Source: the human T2T-CHM13v2.0 reference genome, Homo sapiens
Strand: one strand, 5' to 3'
Assembly (NCBI RefSeq): GCF_009914755.1
Contig: NC_060940.1
Length of the DNA stretch: 64,000 nucleotides
Shown piece by piece: positions 18,501-32,900 of this stretch. The notes beneath the pieces were generated by a model. The model ran no database searches and was not told where the DNA came from. It saw only the letters and a program-made list of their open reading frames with translations. The stretch's first letter is position 1. Each line of letters opens with the position of its first letter. Both the position numbers and the translations under genes were made by a program.

Positions 18501-21500
18501 CAGGCCATGTCCGCAGTGGGCAGAGGGCCGGGTTCCAGCCCTGCCCGGATTGGTCCTCTCCCAGCCCCCGGCCTTGGGAAGGTGCCAGGCAGGCAGATGG
18601 GCCGGGCTTGGGCACGGTGCAGCCGCAGCCGTGGTGGCAGCTGCTCGGGGGAGACCCACGAGGGGCCTGCTCTGCTGCTCCCTCCTGAGCGGTGCCTTCC
18701 GGGTACCCTGACTCATCCACCAGGCGCTCTCATGCAGCCTCCAGGAGATCTGCAGGGGGCCAGGGGGTGGTGCTGCTGAGTCAAAACAGCCCCCAGGGAA
18801 TATTCTGCAGGGGAGGGAGGCCCTTCCTGTGCCAGGCAGCCAGAGACCTGCTCCGAGTGCCCTGCGCTGCTCTCATCCCAGCAGAAGGACGACTCTGAGG
18901 GTGGCAGGCGGGACAGGCAGTCACTTTGCAGTGGCAGACACAGGCTCAGAGAGGCTCCAGGCCTGCCTGAGGCCACCTGGATGACTCTGAATGCTGCTTC
19001 TCCCTCCAGGGCACCAGGGTAACCGGAGGCTTCTAGTTTCTTCAGGGGCCGTCCCTCAGCCTTCACTGTCTGCCCGACTGCCCGCCGGGAGCCCCTGCGT
19101 GTGTGGAGATGGCAATGTGCTTTCCCGGGGGCTCAGAGCTGCTCCTGCTCCCCGGCGACGGGCTTTTCCAGGCTGCGGCATAGGGAGCCCCGGTACCAAG
19201 GACATGGGTGGCACTGCGGAGTCGGTGCCATCCTCTCTACGCCAGACGCCATGTGAACGTTTTTACGATGATTTTTAAAAGAGAGGCTGAGAAGGACCAG
19301 GACCAGAAAGACACGGCTGTCCTGTCTCCCACAGGCTGCAGCCTCGAACTGGCACCATCTCTTCTGCCCCCTGGAAGGTCAGCTCCGTGAGACGGGGGAG
19401 GCCCCCGTGAATTGTGCAGGGAGCACTTGGTGGGCGCTGGGCGGTCTCACGTTCCCCACCTGTGAAAGGGGGTTAATCCCACTGTGATGGGGCCAGTGAG
19501 CGAATTCCCAGGAGGGCAGAGCAGAGCCGCAGCCGGGGGTACAACTGGCTTCTGGGGCCGGGCTGCCGCCTCCAAGAGCCTAACCTTGTTCCCAGAGGCG
19601 AGGAGTGAATCTGGGTTCCGTGCAGGGAGTTCCAGCACCTAAAAGGTGTGACAAATTCCTCCTCCAATGTCCAGCTGGACAAACCTCCTCAATCCACCAC
19701 TGAAGGCCCCCCAAGCGCTCCGAGGGACCTGGCGTGCTATGGGCTGGGGGGCGTCTGTCCCAGCCTCGTCTCCAAAATGTCGGTGTCTGCTCAGCCCTGT
19801 GCTGTGGTTTTCAGGGGTCGAGGCTGAGCGACCTCTCTTTCTATCTCTCCTGCTCGGGGCCAGTCACCAGGCCGGAGTCTCAGGGCTGTGACACAGAGGT
19901 TTGTCATGCGTCACACCAGGTGGCCCTGGGTCAGCCAACGAGCTTTGTGTCAGGACAGCGTGGGTGAGCGCTGCCCCCACTGCATGGCTGCAGGGAGGCC
20001 CGAGGGCAGGATCTTCCCAAGGGACAAGCTGGCCATGGTCCCGTGCGTGCCAGGGTGGGGCCTGCTGAGCCTCAGTTTCCTCGGCTGTAAGACGGGACGG
20101 AGGTGTTCACAGTGGGGGTTGCTGGGAATTCCTCCTCTGGATTGGGCTGGTGCCTCGGTGCACCGTGGGCTCCCAGGAGCTCACAAGGCCTTCCGTGCCT
20201 GTCCCTTGTGCCCCACCTCACAGCGAGGTCCTTGCAGCAGCAGGGCAGCCCCGTCCGGCCCCCGCTGCCTCCCTGCCCTCATCTCCTTTCTCTGAGACAA
20301 GGCTCCTCACTGGTCCTGGAGGTGGCGGCACACTCCTGCCTCGGGCCTGGCACGCGTGGTCCTTCCCTCCTCCCGCAGCTAAGTTCCACGTCCCTTTACC
20401 AGAGAAGCCAGTGTCAACCCCCACGGCCCTTGGTGGGGCAACATCATCGCTGCTCCCTTCCTTCACTCTGTCTCTGCCAGACGGAGCAGCAGCCCCGGGC
20501 GTACAGCAGGCACCAATCACTATTTGTCGAGGGAATGAACGGGCACCGCCTAACGAGTTGGGTCAGATGGAGGCGTGGCTCAGAGATGTCAGCGTCAAGG
20601 CCAGGTCGACGTGACAAGCCGGGTCCCGCCCTGCCCTCGGGTGCATGGACTTCCCCAGGCAGCACTGATGCCCCCGCTGAGGTGAGGCCGCTGGGCCCCA
20701 TCTGTGGGGAGAGGCAGCTGGAAACTGGGGGCCCCAGATCCTCCTCGAGCCAGATCCTGACCCCAGACCCAGCCTGTTTTCTGGGTGTCTGAATCCTGCC
20801 GGGGTGGAGGAGGGGCTGGGGAAGAGGTGGGTCCACCTGTTCTCCTCCAGGGACCTCCCTGCAACCCTTCATGAGGTCAGAGCTGGGCATCCAGGGAGAC
20901 AGCGACCCTGGCCATGGGGGCCACGCCACCCAGGTACCAGCCTGGCATGCAGCCTGCAGGTGATAATCTCCGGGCTGCTCTGGGGCTAGGCTGCAGCTGT
21001 AGGGGGGTTCAGCTGTCACAGAGGGAGCCGGGGAAGCCAGCACTGCCTGGGATGATCCCCCTTCCGCCTCCTCCTCCCCAGGCCCCGGAGGCCCAGCTGG
21101 CCGTCCGCCCGTGCGGACACCCGGGAGCCAACACTGACCCGAAGACAGGTCAGCCAGACTTCCCACCTGCTCCCTCAGGAGGTGGGATCCGGTCCCCTCC
21201 TGCTGGGCTGCACGGGCCACGATGGAAAGGCGCCTCGTGACACGCTGCGGTCAGCTCAGAAAAGCCGCAGATGCTGACACGGGCAACCCTGCCCAGTGTG
21301 GGGCGTCCTCTGAAGTGGGAGCCGCAGGGAGGGCCTCACGGAGGCCTCTGTCCACAGGCAGCGGCTCCCGGCACCCACCGCTGCTGACCGAGCCCCTGGC
21401 ACCCCCAAGCCGAGCCTTTGAACCCCAGCAGGGAAGGCCACCTGGCCGAGACCCTGGCCACCACGGGGCCATCACTGTCCCACGGGGCTCTGTTCCGACT

Positions 21501-22039
21501 CCTTGGCCCGAGGGTCTCTGAGCACCACCAGGGTTGCCTCACGCCTCTGAGTTTGGGGTGGTTTGTTCGGCAGCACTGGGGCCCGGGGCAGCTTCTTGCC
21601 CGGCGTGTGGCACAGCTGTCCTTGTTGGGGGCGTTTCTGGGATCCTGTGGTTTCGGGGACGCTCCCCTACTCCCTGGCCTTGGGGGCCGATGACCAGGTG
21701 GAGCGGGCCCGGTCTGTGAGGGAGTCACAACGCCAGGTCACTCCAAGCTGCCTCTGTGGCCACACGTCCAGCTGCCCCCACACAGGCGAGACCCATGATC
21801 AAGCCCCAGGGCTGGAAAGCAGACACAGGGGATGTATTTGTTTGTGGAATCAAATACGACGGCAGCTTGCAGGCAGCCCAGCCGCTGTGCAAACAACCCT
21901 CTTCCAGCACCCAGTGAGGGCGTCCCTGAAGCAGCCGGCGACCCCGGGCGCTGTCACCCGCCAGGTGGGGTATGGGGACCGTCCCTCAGGCAAGACAGGG
22001 TGCCTGTGTACTGAGCGCCTCGTGTGTCAGGTGCAGGTG

Positions 22040-22480
22040 CAGACAGGCAAAAGTCCTGCCCCACGGAGCTGACCTCGGACGGGAGCCCAGGAACACTGTG
22101 CAAACGTACGAGACCGAGGCTGGGAGGTGTGGTGGTTGGGAGAGGCACGGGTGGGTGACTGGATGGCCACTGAAAAGGTGCCATCTGAGCAAGGCCTGAA
22201 GGAGGGCAGCTGGGAGCCACGCAGGCGTCGGGGGGAGCATTCCAGGCACTGGGGCCAGCAGCGCAAAGGCCCTGAACTGCAGCCAGGCACGGTGGGCCAG
22301 CAGCAAGGCGGAGCAGAGTGGGTGGTGGAAGGGAGGGGAGTTTGTGTGGTCTTGGAGGCCCCACGAGGACCTCGGCTCCATTCCTGGAGAGCTGTGACTG
22401 GCCTTTAATGGGTTCCATCTGGCTGCCGAGTGCAAAATAGACCTGGGATGGGGGTCAGGGGTAGAAGCAAAGAAACCAGG
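22040..22480 (-). mobile_element. L2 relic
   Basis: 'ccactgaaaaggtgccatctgagcaaggcctgaagga...gagcattccaggca...gcaaaggccctgaa' resembles antisense L2 3' region. Confidence 0.55.
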
Positions 22481-22874
22481 TACAGAATCTGGCACAAGTC
22501 ACGCGGTCAGAGAGCAGGTGCTGGAGAGATCCCATAACTGTTTGTGGAATCAAACAGGACAGCAGCTTGCAGGCAGTCTGGCTGCCGCTGTGCAAACAAC
22601 CCAGGGCGCCCCTGAACCAGCCCGTGACCTCAGGCAAACGGCATCCATCACCGGGGCCGGCACACCATCGCCTGTGAGAGGCGTGGTGAGGGCTGCTCCC
22701 ACGGGCCTGCGGGAGGACCCGGTGACAGCAAGGCCAAGCCCCCTGCCCACCAGGACAGTGGCTTTTCTTGATAATTTATCCCTTGAAACCCCGTGGACAA
22801 TTAAACCCAGAGTTACCAGGTGAGCCAGGGATTCTACTCCTAGGAATCCAACCAAGAGAAATGAAGACATTCAT

Positions 22875-23778
22875 CCACACAAAAGCTACCGATACCCACA
22901 GCTGCATGGTCCACGCAAAAGCTACCAATACCCACATCTGCATCACCCACGCAAAAGTCACCAATACCCACATCTGCATCATCCACGCAAAAACTACCAA
23001 TACCCACAGCTGCGTGGTCCACGCAAAAACTACCAATACCCACAGCTGCGTGGTCCACGCAAAAACTACCAATACCCACAGCTGCGTGGTCCACGCAAAA
23101 GCTACCAATACCCACAGCTGCATGGTCCACGCAAAAGCTACCAATACCCACAGCTGCATGGTCCACACAAAAGCTACCAATACCCACAGCTGCATCATCC
23201 ACGCAAAAGCTACCCATGCCCACAGCTGCATCATCCACGCAAAAGTCACCAATACCCACAGCTGCATCGTCCACGCAAAAGCTACCAATACCCACAGCTG
23301 CATGGTCCACGTAAAAGCTACCAATACCCAGAGCCGCATGGTCCACGCAAAAGCTACCAATACCCACAGCTGCATCATCCACGCAAAAGTCACCAATACC
23401 CACAGCTGCATCGTCCACGCAAAAGCTACCAATACCCACAGCTGCATGGTCCACGTAAAAGCTACCAATACCCAGAGCTGCATGGTCCACGTAAAAGCTA
23501 CCAATACCCACAGCTGCATGGTCCACGCAAAAGCTACCAATACCCACAGCTGCATCATCCACGCAAAAGTCACCAATACCCACAGCTGCATCGTCCACGC
23601 AAAAGCTACCCATGCCCACAGCTGCGTGGTCCACGCAAAAGCTACCAATACCCACAGCTGCATGGTCCACGCAAAAGCTACCAATACCCACAGCTGCATC
23701 GTCCACGCAAAAGCTACCCATGCCCACAGCTGCATCGTCCACGCAAAAGCTACCCATGCCCACAGCTGCATGGTCCAC
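22875..23778. repeat. 36-bp VNTR, ~25 copies (ccacgcaaaagctaccaatacccacagctgcatggt)
   Basis: Visible; 12-aa period in the ORF track. Confidence 0.97.
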
Positions 23779-24010
23779 CATAACAACAATGGGGGCAACA
23801 ACCCACGCGTCCATCAACGGACACACAAAACGTGGTCTTTCTGCACAGTGCAGTGCAGCTCAGCCACAGGGAAGGAGGCTCCCCACTAGGCTCCAGTGCG
23901 GGGAGCCACGAAGGCCCCGAGCTGACAAAGCCAGACACAAGGGCCACACGTGGCCCCGTCACCTTCATCCGCGGTGTCCAGAACAGGCAAGTTCACAGAG
24001 ATGCAGGAGC

Positions 24011-24222
24011 GGGGGCAGACTGAGGGCTGGGGGTGGAGGAGCGAGGAGATGGGGAGGGGGCAGACTGGGGGCTGGGGGTGGAGGAGCGAGGAGATGGGGG
24101 AGGGGGCAGACTGGGGGCTGGGGGTGGAGGAGCGAGGAGATGGGGGAGGGGGCAGACTGGGGGCTGGGGTGGAGGAGTGAGGAGATGGGGAGGGGCAGAC
24201 TGTGGGCTGGGGGTGGAGGAGT
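24011..24222. repeat. ~45-bp G-rich tandem repeat, ~5 copies
   Basis: 'cagact' at 24016, 24061, 24107, 24153, 24196. Confidence 0.9.
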
Positions 24223-24856
24223 GAGTGGCAGTGGGAGTGGGGTTTCCTTTCCGGGTGATGAGCACGTGTGGGAGCGAGCTGGCGGGGGGCGTGGCGTTGC
24301 ATTGTGAGTGCACTAAGTGCTACTGAAGTGACACTATAACTCCACGATGCTTAAAATGATAAACGTTATGTGTATTTTCCCACAATTAAAAAAACAGCGG
24401 GGAGACTGAGACAGGCAGCTCATGACCTATTAACCTGCCCCTGCCAGGGACCCATCCACGTTGCTAACAGCCCAGGAGTGATGAGTGGAGCCAGGCTGCC
24501 TCTTCCCTGAGTTTGGGCACCTTAAATGTGAGAGGGGCTCAGCCTCCCTCCCAGGGGCCCTGCTCCTGTCAACTGGGGCCAACTTGCAGGCAGGTAGCGG
24601 AGGCACTGCTGTGACTCCAGCCCTGGCTCTGTGAGCCTGGCTGTGCTGGAAACCAGGAGGGTGGAGGCCAGGCCCAGAAGGCTGCTGGCTGGAGTGAGTG
24701 GGAGCTGAGCGACCTTCTTGCTGCAAACAACCCCCTTCCAGAGACACAAGCACACCCTTAAGGGTGGGAAGCGCTCACAAGGACCGGTCTGTGGCAAGTG
24801 ACAAGTGACCTTTCCAACCCGAAGGTCTCCTCGGCAGAAGCCCCTTCATGTGCCAA

Positions 24857-25020
24857 GGACGAGCCAGAGGTGGAGAAGGGCCGTGGGCCGGCCCCGTGGA
24901 CGAGCCAGAGGTGGAGAAGGGCCGTGGGCCGGCCCCGTGGATGAGCCAGAGGTGGAGAAGGGCCGTGGGCCGGCCCCGTGGACGAGCCAGAGGTGGAGAA
25001 GGGCCGTGGGCTGGCCCCAT
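24857..25020. repeat. 41-bp tandem repeat, 4 copies (gacgagccagaggtggagaagggccgtgggccggccccgtg)
   Basis: Visible. Confidence 0.92.
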
Positions 25021-25511
25021 GGTGCAGAGTGAGCAGGTGCTGGGGGCACTGGCCTGCAGCTCAGGCCTCTGCTTGTCCCTCTGGTCACCCCAGTCCTGGG
25101 GCAGCATGGTCCCTGGGTCTGGGCAGGTTTGGTTGGATGCAGGTGCTGTGGTCCCCAGTGAGCCCTGGTGTCACGGCTCACGCTTTATAAAAGCTCTCAA
25201 GGGGTCACAGTGCAGAGGGGATGGGGAGGAGGGTTTGGGGAGGGTAAGCACTTCGCCGGGGCACTTATCATTTGTGGAACATTCTCTGAGGCTGGCTGTG
25301 GGGATCCCCTGTGAGTCTGGACAGCCAGGTCATAGGTCATGCTTCCTCCTGGCCCGGTTTTCACACCGTGGTACCCCACACGCATGCACACGTGTGCACA
25401 CCATCACACACTCAGACTTTACACACATGCACCTGCACGTGCGCCCCTGGCAACGGCACCCGACGCAGTGACCTTGGGGCTGCTGTCGTCGGGAAGACAG
25501 CCTGCCAGGTG

Positions 25512-25626
25512 GCCCCTCACACGGCCCCTGCTTCCCCCTCACACGGCCCCCGCTTCCCCCTCACACGGCCCCCGCTTCCCCCTCACATGGCCCCCGCTTC
25601 CCCCTCACACGGCCCCCACTTCCCCA
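25512..25626. repeat. ~23-bp C-rich tandem repeat, ~5 copies
   Basis: 'cccctcacacggcccccgcttcc' units. Confidence 0.85.
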
Positions 25627-25686
25627 TCCCGGAAAACAGGCAGAGCACACACTTCCAGGAAAGAGGCCGCCCTGGCGCTGGACTCA

Positions 25687-26464
<778 letters not shown>

Positions 26465-26608
26465 TCAGTGTGCAAGTCACCAGCCTTCTCTCCTTTCCAG
26501 ACAGGCTTTGCCCTGTGGCCCCGGCCCTGCCTGGTGCACCTCCCGTTTGCCTCACTGGTCAACTCCTGGGGGCTGTTTTGCGCTCCCCCAGTGCAGGGTC
26601 CCAGACTG

Positions 26609-27201
26609 CACGCCTCACAGTGCCACACGTCTGCACGCCTCTGCACACGTCACGTGCCTCTATACGCCTCACACGCCTCACAGTGCCACACGTCTGCACG
26701 CCTCTGCACACGTCACGTGCCTCTATACGCCTCACACGCCTCACAGTGCCACACGTCTGCACGCCTCTGCACACGTCACGTGCCTCTATACGCCTCACAC
26801 GCCTCACAGTGCCACACGTCTGCACGCCTCTGCACACGTCACGTGCCTCTATACGCCTCACACGCCTCACAGTGCCACACGTCTGCACGCCTCTGCACAC
26901 GTCACGTGCCTCTATACGCCTCACACGCCTCACAGTGCCACACGTCTGCACGCCTCTGCACACGTCACGTGCCTCTATACGCCTCACACGCCTCACAGTG
27001 CCACACGTCTGCACGCCTCTGCACACGTCACGTGCCTCTATACGCCTCACACGCCTCACAGTGCCACACGTCTGCACGCCTCTGCACACGTCACGTGCCT
27101 CTATACGCCTCACACGCCTCACAGTGCCACACGTCTGCACGCCTCTGCACACGTCACGTGCCTCTATACGCCTCACACGCCTCACAGTGCCACACGTCTG
27201 C
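26609..27201. repeat. 63-bp perfect tandem repeat, ~9.4 copies
   Basis: Identical 21-aa period in all reported frames; unit cacgcctcacagtgccacacgtctgcacgcctctgcacacgtcacgtgcctctatacgcctca. Confidence 0.97.
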
Positions 27202-27379
27202 GTCCCCACAGCCATAGTGGCCACTTCATGCCACGCGTATGTGACTTGGTGAAATCCCCGTCCCTCTGCTCTGTGCAGTACAGCAGCCGCAAGCACAAGA
27301 CCGGCACGAGGAGGACAGAGGCGAGACCCCAGTGAGCCAAGCTGCACGCTGCCCCCGGGAGAGCTGAAAAAAAAATACC

Positions 27380-27530
27380 TCAGTCGCTTAAAAATCAGTG
27401 CATGTCGAAAATAATGAGTTTTGGACACACTGGGTTAAGTAAGATTATATATTATAAACATTAATTTTGCCCGGTCTCTTCTTCCCTTTTTCAACGTGGC
27501 CACGAGACAGTCTGAAATGATCCACGCCCC
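27380..27530. mobile_element. MER33-like hAT relic
   Basis: 'catgtcgaaaataatgagttttggacacactgggttaagtaagattatatattataaacattaatttt' matches recalled MER33. Confidence 0.55.
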
Positions 27531-27565
27531 TTCCCTGGCATGCCGAAGCTCCCTTGGGAGAGGCC

Positions 27566-27694
27566 GCCCCTCGGCACACGGAGGCACCGGCGAGAAGGGC
27601 TGCCCCACGCCCCTCGGCACACGGAGGCACCGGCGAGAAGGGCTGCCCCATGCCCCTCGGCACATGGAGGCACGGGCGAGAAGGGCTGCCCCAC
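27566..27694. repeat. ~43-bp tandem repeat, 3 copies
   Basis: 'gcccctcggcacacggaggcaccggcgagaagggctgcccca'. Confidence 0.85.
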
Positions 27695-27828
27695 AGTGGC
27701 TGCTCAGGTCACAGGAGGGGCCGACTTGGGCCCATAGGGGAGGCTCCATGCACGTTCCCGAACACTCTGCTCCCAGGTCCCCTGTTGGATGCTTTGGGCT
27801 TCTGGGCATGAAAAGTGCTGGACCCTGA

Positions 27829-28458
<630 letters not shown>

Positions 28459-29794
28459 AGAAGGACGCATTCTTTAAGGGAGCTGAAGGCCACGTGGTGG
28501 AGCTGCAAGCCTCCATCAGGCACAGGGATACGTGGAGTCCAGCACCCAAGGCCCCTGTTCTGTCCACTTGGGCACAGCCACGGCCCAGAGACCCAACGCT
28601 GCCCCCGGTCAGGGGCAGTCCTGGGTTCTGATGTCTCTGGCGCAGGAGAGGCTGCATGGAAGGGCCCCATGTCCACTGCGCTCTGAGTACAGGCTGGGCT
28701 GGACTAGGCTGTGGAGCCCTGGTGTGGTGGCCAAGGCAAGGGGAGGGGCCCGGCAATCCCCAGGCCTGGTGAGAGCCCCCCACCACCTGCGTGGGGACCC
28801 TGGTGGTGCAGAAATACCTAGGCTCTGGAGGGCCCAAGTCAGGTGGCCTCGGCTCCCAAGTGGGAATTCTGCCTCTGACAGGGAGTAACTAGAGTACAAC
28901 TGATCTTACCCTCAGTTTCCCCTCTGTAAATGGGTCTGCAGGTGGCGTGGTGCACCCGGGGGCCCAGGGCTTGGCCCCAAGCTTGCAGGCTGTCCTCGCG
29001 TGGGTGGAGCAGGCACAGGGCCTGGGGTCTGGGCTGTGCCAGAGTCTGACCATCGAGGTGGTCTCTCTGGACCACCCCATTTTGCAAAGGTGCAGACAAT
29101 GAACTTCTGTTCGGGGGCCTGCAGAGAAGGGGGCCTGGGTGCAGAGCTGCATCATGCCGCATCCACCACTGAGCCTCAGGACACCACCGGGTGTCCCCCC
29201 AGAAAAGGGACGAGGCTGATGGTCCCAGTCCAGACACACACATCCCAGCTCATCACAGCCCGAAGGGGTAAATGCCTTTGTGACTGCATTTTGCGTTTGA
29301 GACCCGAGGGACAGATGGGAATATGTGGTGTAGGTCACGCAGCTGCTGGGAGGGGAGTCGAATCCAGGTGGGGGCTCCAAGAAACCGAGGGGCTGCCCAT
29401 CCCCCTCCCCGCTGCCTCCGGGAACAGGGCAGGGGGCTGCAGTCACCCCTGGCCCTCGTGGGGAGCCCCTCCCCACCTGTAAGAGGGTCTCACTGCAGCT
29501 GGAGCTGCTTCCCCTGCTGGCTTGATGGCACCCTGGCTTTCCCGGGTACTCAGGGAGGTCGGGTACACTGGGCGGGGACTTCCTCATGAGTTCCATGTGT
29601 GACCTGGGGCCACCAGGGTGCGCAGGAGCCCTCCTGACTGCCCCGGGCATTTCCTGGGCGTCTCCCAGGTATCTCCCATCCTGGTCTCCGGCAGGTCCCA
29701 CCTGCTGCCTCCCCGGTGTGGACTTTCCTCTGCTGAGTAAACAGAAGACTGCCCCGGTGCCTGGACTTCCTCCCCAAACCTCCTCCTGCCACGT

Positions 29795-29966
29795 CCACCA
29801 TGACCCCAGCCTCAGGGGCAGCCAAGCATCCACCACGACCCCAGCCTCAGGGGCAGCCGAGTATCCACCACGACCCCAGCCTCAGGGGCAGCCGAGTATC
29901 CACCACGACCCCAGCCTCAGGGGCAGCCGAGTATCCACCACGACCTCAGCCTCAGGGGCAGCCGAG
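29795..29966. repeat. 35-bp tandem repeat, ~5 copies
   Basis: 'ccacca' at 29795, 29830, 29865, 29900, 29935. Confidence 0.92.
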
Positions 29967-32900
29967 GAGGCTCTGAGCTGCCCAGACCCGACGGGGCAGA
30001 ACCGGCCCTGGGTGGCTAAGCGGGCGGGAAACGCAGAGGCAGGCGGCCGACAGCAGTGCGGGGTGAGCTGCCGGCTGGGCTGCTGGTGCCTTGGCTCCGG
30101 GAGACATCTTCCTTATTACGGCCAAATTCATCTTTGTTTTCCTTCCCAGTGACATCTGGCTCTCAGTGAGGTCCCACGAATTACAAAAAGCAGAAGTCTG
30201 AACTTCTGTTTTATTGCCACAGGAAACTCATTGCCACAGCACAGGCGGAAAGCCGGATCCTGGCGGGTCCTGAGTCCCCAGCTCCCACCCTCGGGGCAAG
30301 CTGCGAGCTCAGAAGTGGGGACTGGGGAGCAGTTATCTCTCACTCTCCTCATCGTCAGTTTCCAGCCCAACTGCCAGGTCTCCGCCTGAGTCTTTTCCAC
30401 TGATGCTACAAGGGCGGTTTCCACTCCAGGAATTTTTTTTCCAGACAAGCAAAGCCCTTGCCTGCATTTGCTCTCGGCTAAGGCGGCCCTCCCAGGCCTG
30501 CCCGGTGGGCTGTTTCCCGCAGCACGGCCTGGGCTCCGCTGAAAGGAAGGTCCCGGCCTACGGAAGCGCAGAAGCAGAACCAGGCCTTCTCACTCTGCCC
30601 AGGAAAGTCAGGAGGTGGAGAATAAAACCCCCAGGAAAGGATCTGGGGTGTCGTTCACTGACGCAGGCTTTCCCAGAGAGACTGAGCCACGAGGTGGACG
30701 AACAGCGTGGTGTCCACCCAACCTGGCCCTGACACCAGGGATGGTGACGCTGTCGTGAGCCTCCCTCTGAGCTGCCCTCAAGCGGCCTGCACCTCCCTAG
30801 CCAGTACCCCAGCAGTTGTGTTTCCACCCCTCTCCTGCCCCTGCGAGGCAGCGGGTCCCAGCCCACAGTGTGCACTGGACTCTGCACACTCCCGGCCCAC
30901 TCCCTGCCGTCCCCACGCTGGCCCTCCCGTGTCAGAACTCAGTGGGAAGTTCCAGGGGCCTGACCACCCTGGATGTGTCACAGACAGAGCCCCGTGGTAC
31001 CCACCCGCGTCGGGCTCCTGCGCTGTGAGCTAGGAACTTCTGTGGGCCTCGGCTTCCCGGTCTGGAAAGTGGGGCAGCAGCGGTGCCCTCAGGGCTGGCT
31101 GCCGTGAGGATCCAATGCAGGGCCTGGGTGCCTCTCACTGCATGTGACTCTGCCCCCGCCTGGTATGGAGTAGGTGTTCGATCAATACTTGCCCAGGGAA
31201 TGAGCACTGGAGGACAGGCACTTTTTGTCCTGTAAGTGAAGTGGTGGCAAAGCCACCCTCCGGCATTGACAAATTGTAGAGTTTAGGTCCTTTCCGTCCC
31301 CAGGGGCCTGGGGCCAGCCTGGGAGGTGACATCGGTTGCCTGGACGTGGATTTCTATGAACACTGGATGCCATGTCTGTGATAATAGCCGGGCAATGTTC
31401 CAGTGGCTTCTGGAGGGTCTTTAGCAACAACGACCTCCCTCCCCTGCACAGCAGGGCAGGAAGCAGAGGTGGGGCTGGCCAGAGGTGCAGACCTAGAGCA
31501 GCCGGGATGAGGCTGGCCTTGGGGCTCCATGACCCAGGCAGGGCAGAGGTCAAGTTCTCCCACCCGTGCCCTGACCCCAGATGGGCCCCAGGGCCTGTAT
31601 CCAGGTGAGGGCTTTTGCACCTACAGTGCTAACCCCGAGTCATGACCGAGCCCTCAGCCACCAGATCCCCCAGTCCCTTGGGGGTGCTCAGGTGCTCTAA
31701 GAATGTGGCCCGGCAGGCTGGGGATGGGGACCGACAGCACAGGCAAAGGAACGCCCGGGCAGGGCTGGACAGGGACTGGGCGGGGCTGGACAGGGGCCTG
31801 GAGACACTCGCTGCGGCCCGCCGTCAGACTGGCTCCCTGCATGACCTGTGGAGTGACTGTACCTCTCCCGGCGTCGGAGACGGGGAACGCTCCACGGCCC
31901 TCGTGGGTGTTACAGGGACGCGACAGTGCGTGTAAGCCCCAGCGCTGTTGTAGGCTCTAAGACCCACCCAGGAAGGCTCCACGACCCTGTGAGCAGGAGA
32001 CACAGGCCACAGGCAGGCAGTGCAGCAAGTGCGGGCCGGGAGAGCAGCCCCATGGAGACGCCAGCGCCTTCACCTGTGGCACCAATAACAAGGCCCTGCT
32101 AGTCCCTCCATGCTGGGTCTGAACACCCGCGTGGCACACACGGCACTGGGGCACGCTGAAGTTGCTTCTGGTTCCTCCCTGCCAGGGAAGGAAATTCAGA
32201 GCCACTTAATTCAAGCACCATCCTTCCACCCTGGCACTGTGGGAGGCTGAGGATGAATCAGAAAACCCCAAAGTCAACCTGCTAACGGTGCAGCAGGGAA
32301 GGGGGGAGGCCAGCGGAGAGCCCCAAGATGGTTCCAGAAGCTGGCAGGGAAATGCCTCACCCACCTCACACCCTCCCTGCCACCCCAGAGGCGGCAGCGG
32401 CGAGGCCCGGCCCTCCCCACTGCAGCCCTGAGGGCTGGGATCTTGGGGATTAGTGACCCAGCCTGCTGGCAGCATCTCCAGATCCTCGCGTAGGGAGAAA
32501 AATTAATTTCTTCCAGTCATGCAGAAATGAAAATACGTGGAGCCAAACCAGAGAGATTTCCTGGAGGTGGTAACTGAATTACGCAGATAGCGGGCGGCAG
32601 GGGAAGAGCTCAGGGGGGCTCGGGCGGCTGGTGTGTGGCTTCGTAGCCCCAGAGGGTTCTGGAAGGCGATGTCTGGGGAAAGCCCTCCCACTCACCAGCC
32701 CTGGCTTCACAGGTGGTGACAGCACGGCCCCAGCACCACGAACCACTCATGTGAACTTCCCTTCTCCCCTGTCACTAGAGGATCCCAGCACATCCCAGGA
32801 GAGATGGAGCCTGCCGGAAGACTGATCCTGATGCGACACTCTCTTCCCTCCCTGAGCCCCAATCTCGGGTGGAGGCCACATCTGTTCCTCCTGCTCTGGG

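Larger units (their letters stand above)
22760..24395 (+). mobile_element. L1M (L1MB-like) 3' fragment hosting two VNTRs
   Basis: Translation 'PGILLLGIQPREMKTFIHTK' resembles the L1 ORF2 C-terminus; 3'UTR-like end 'gttatgtgtattttcccacaattaaaaaaa'. Confidence 0.75.
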
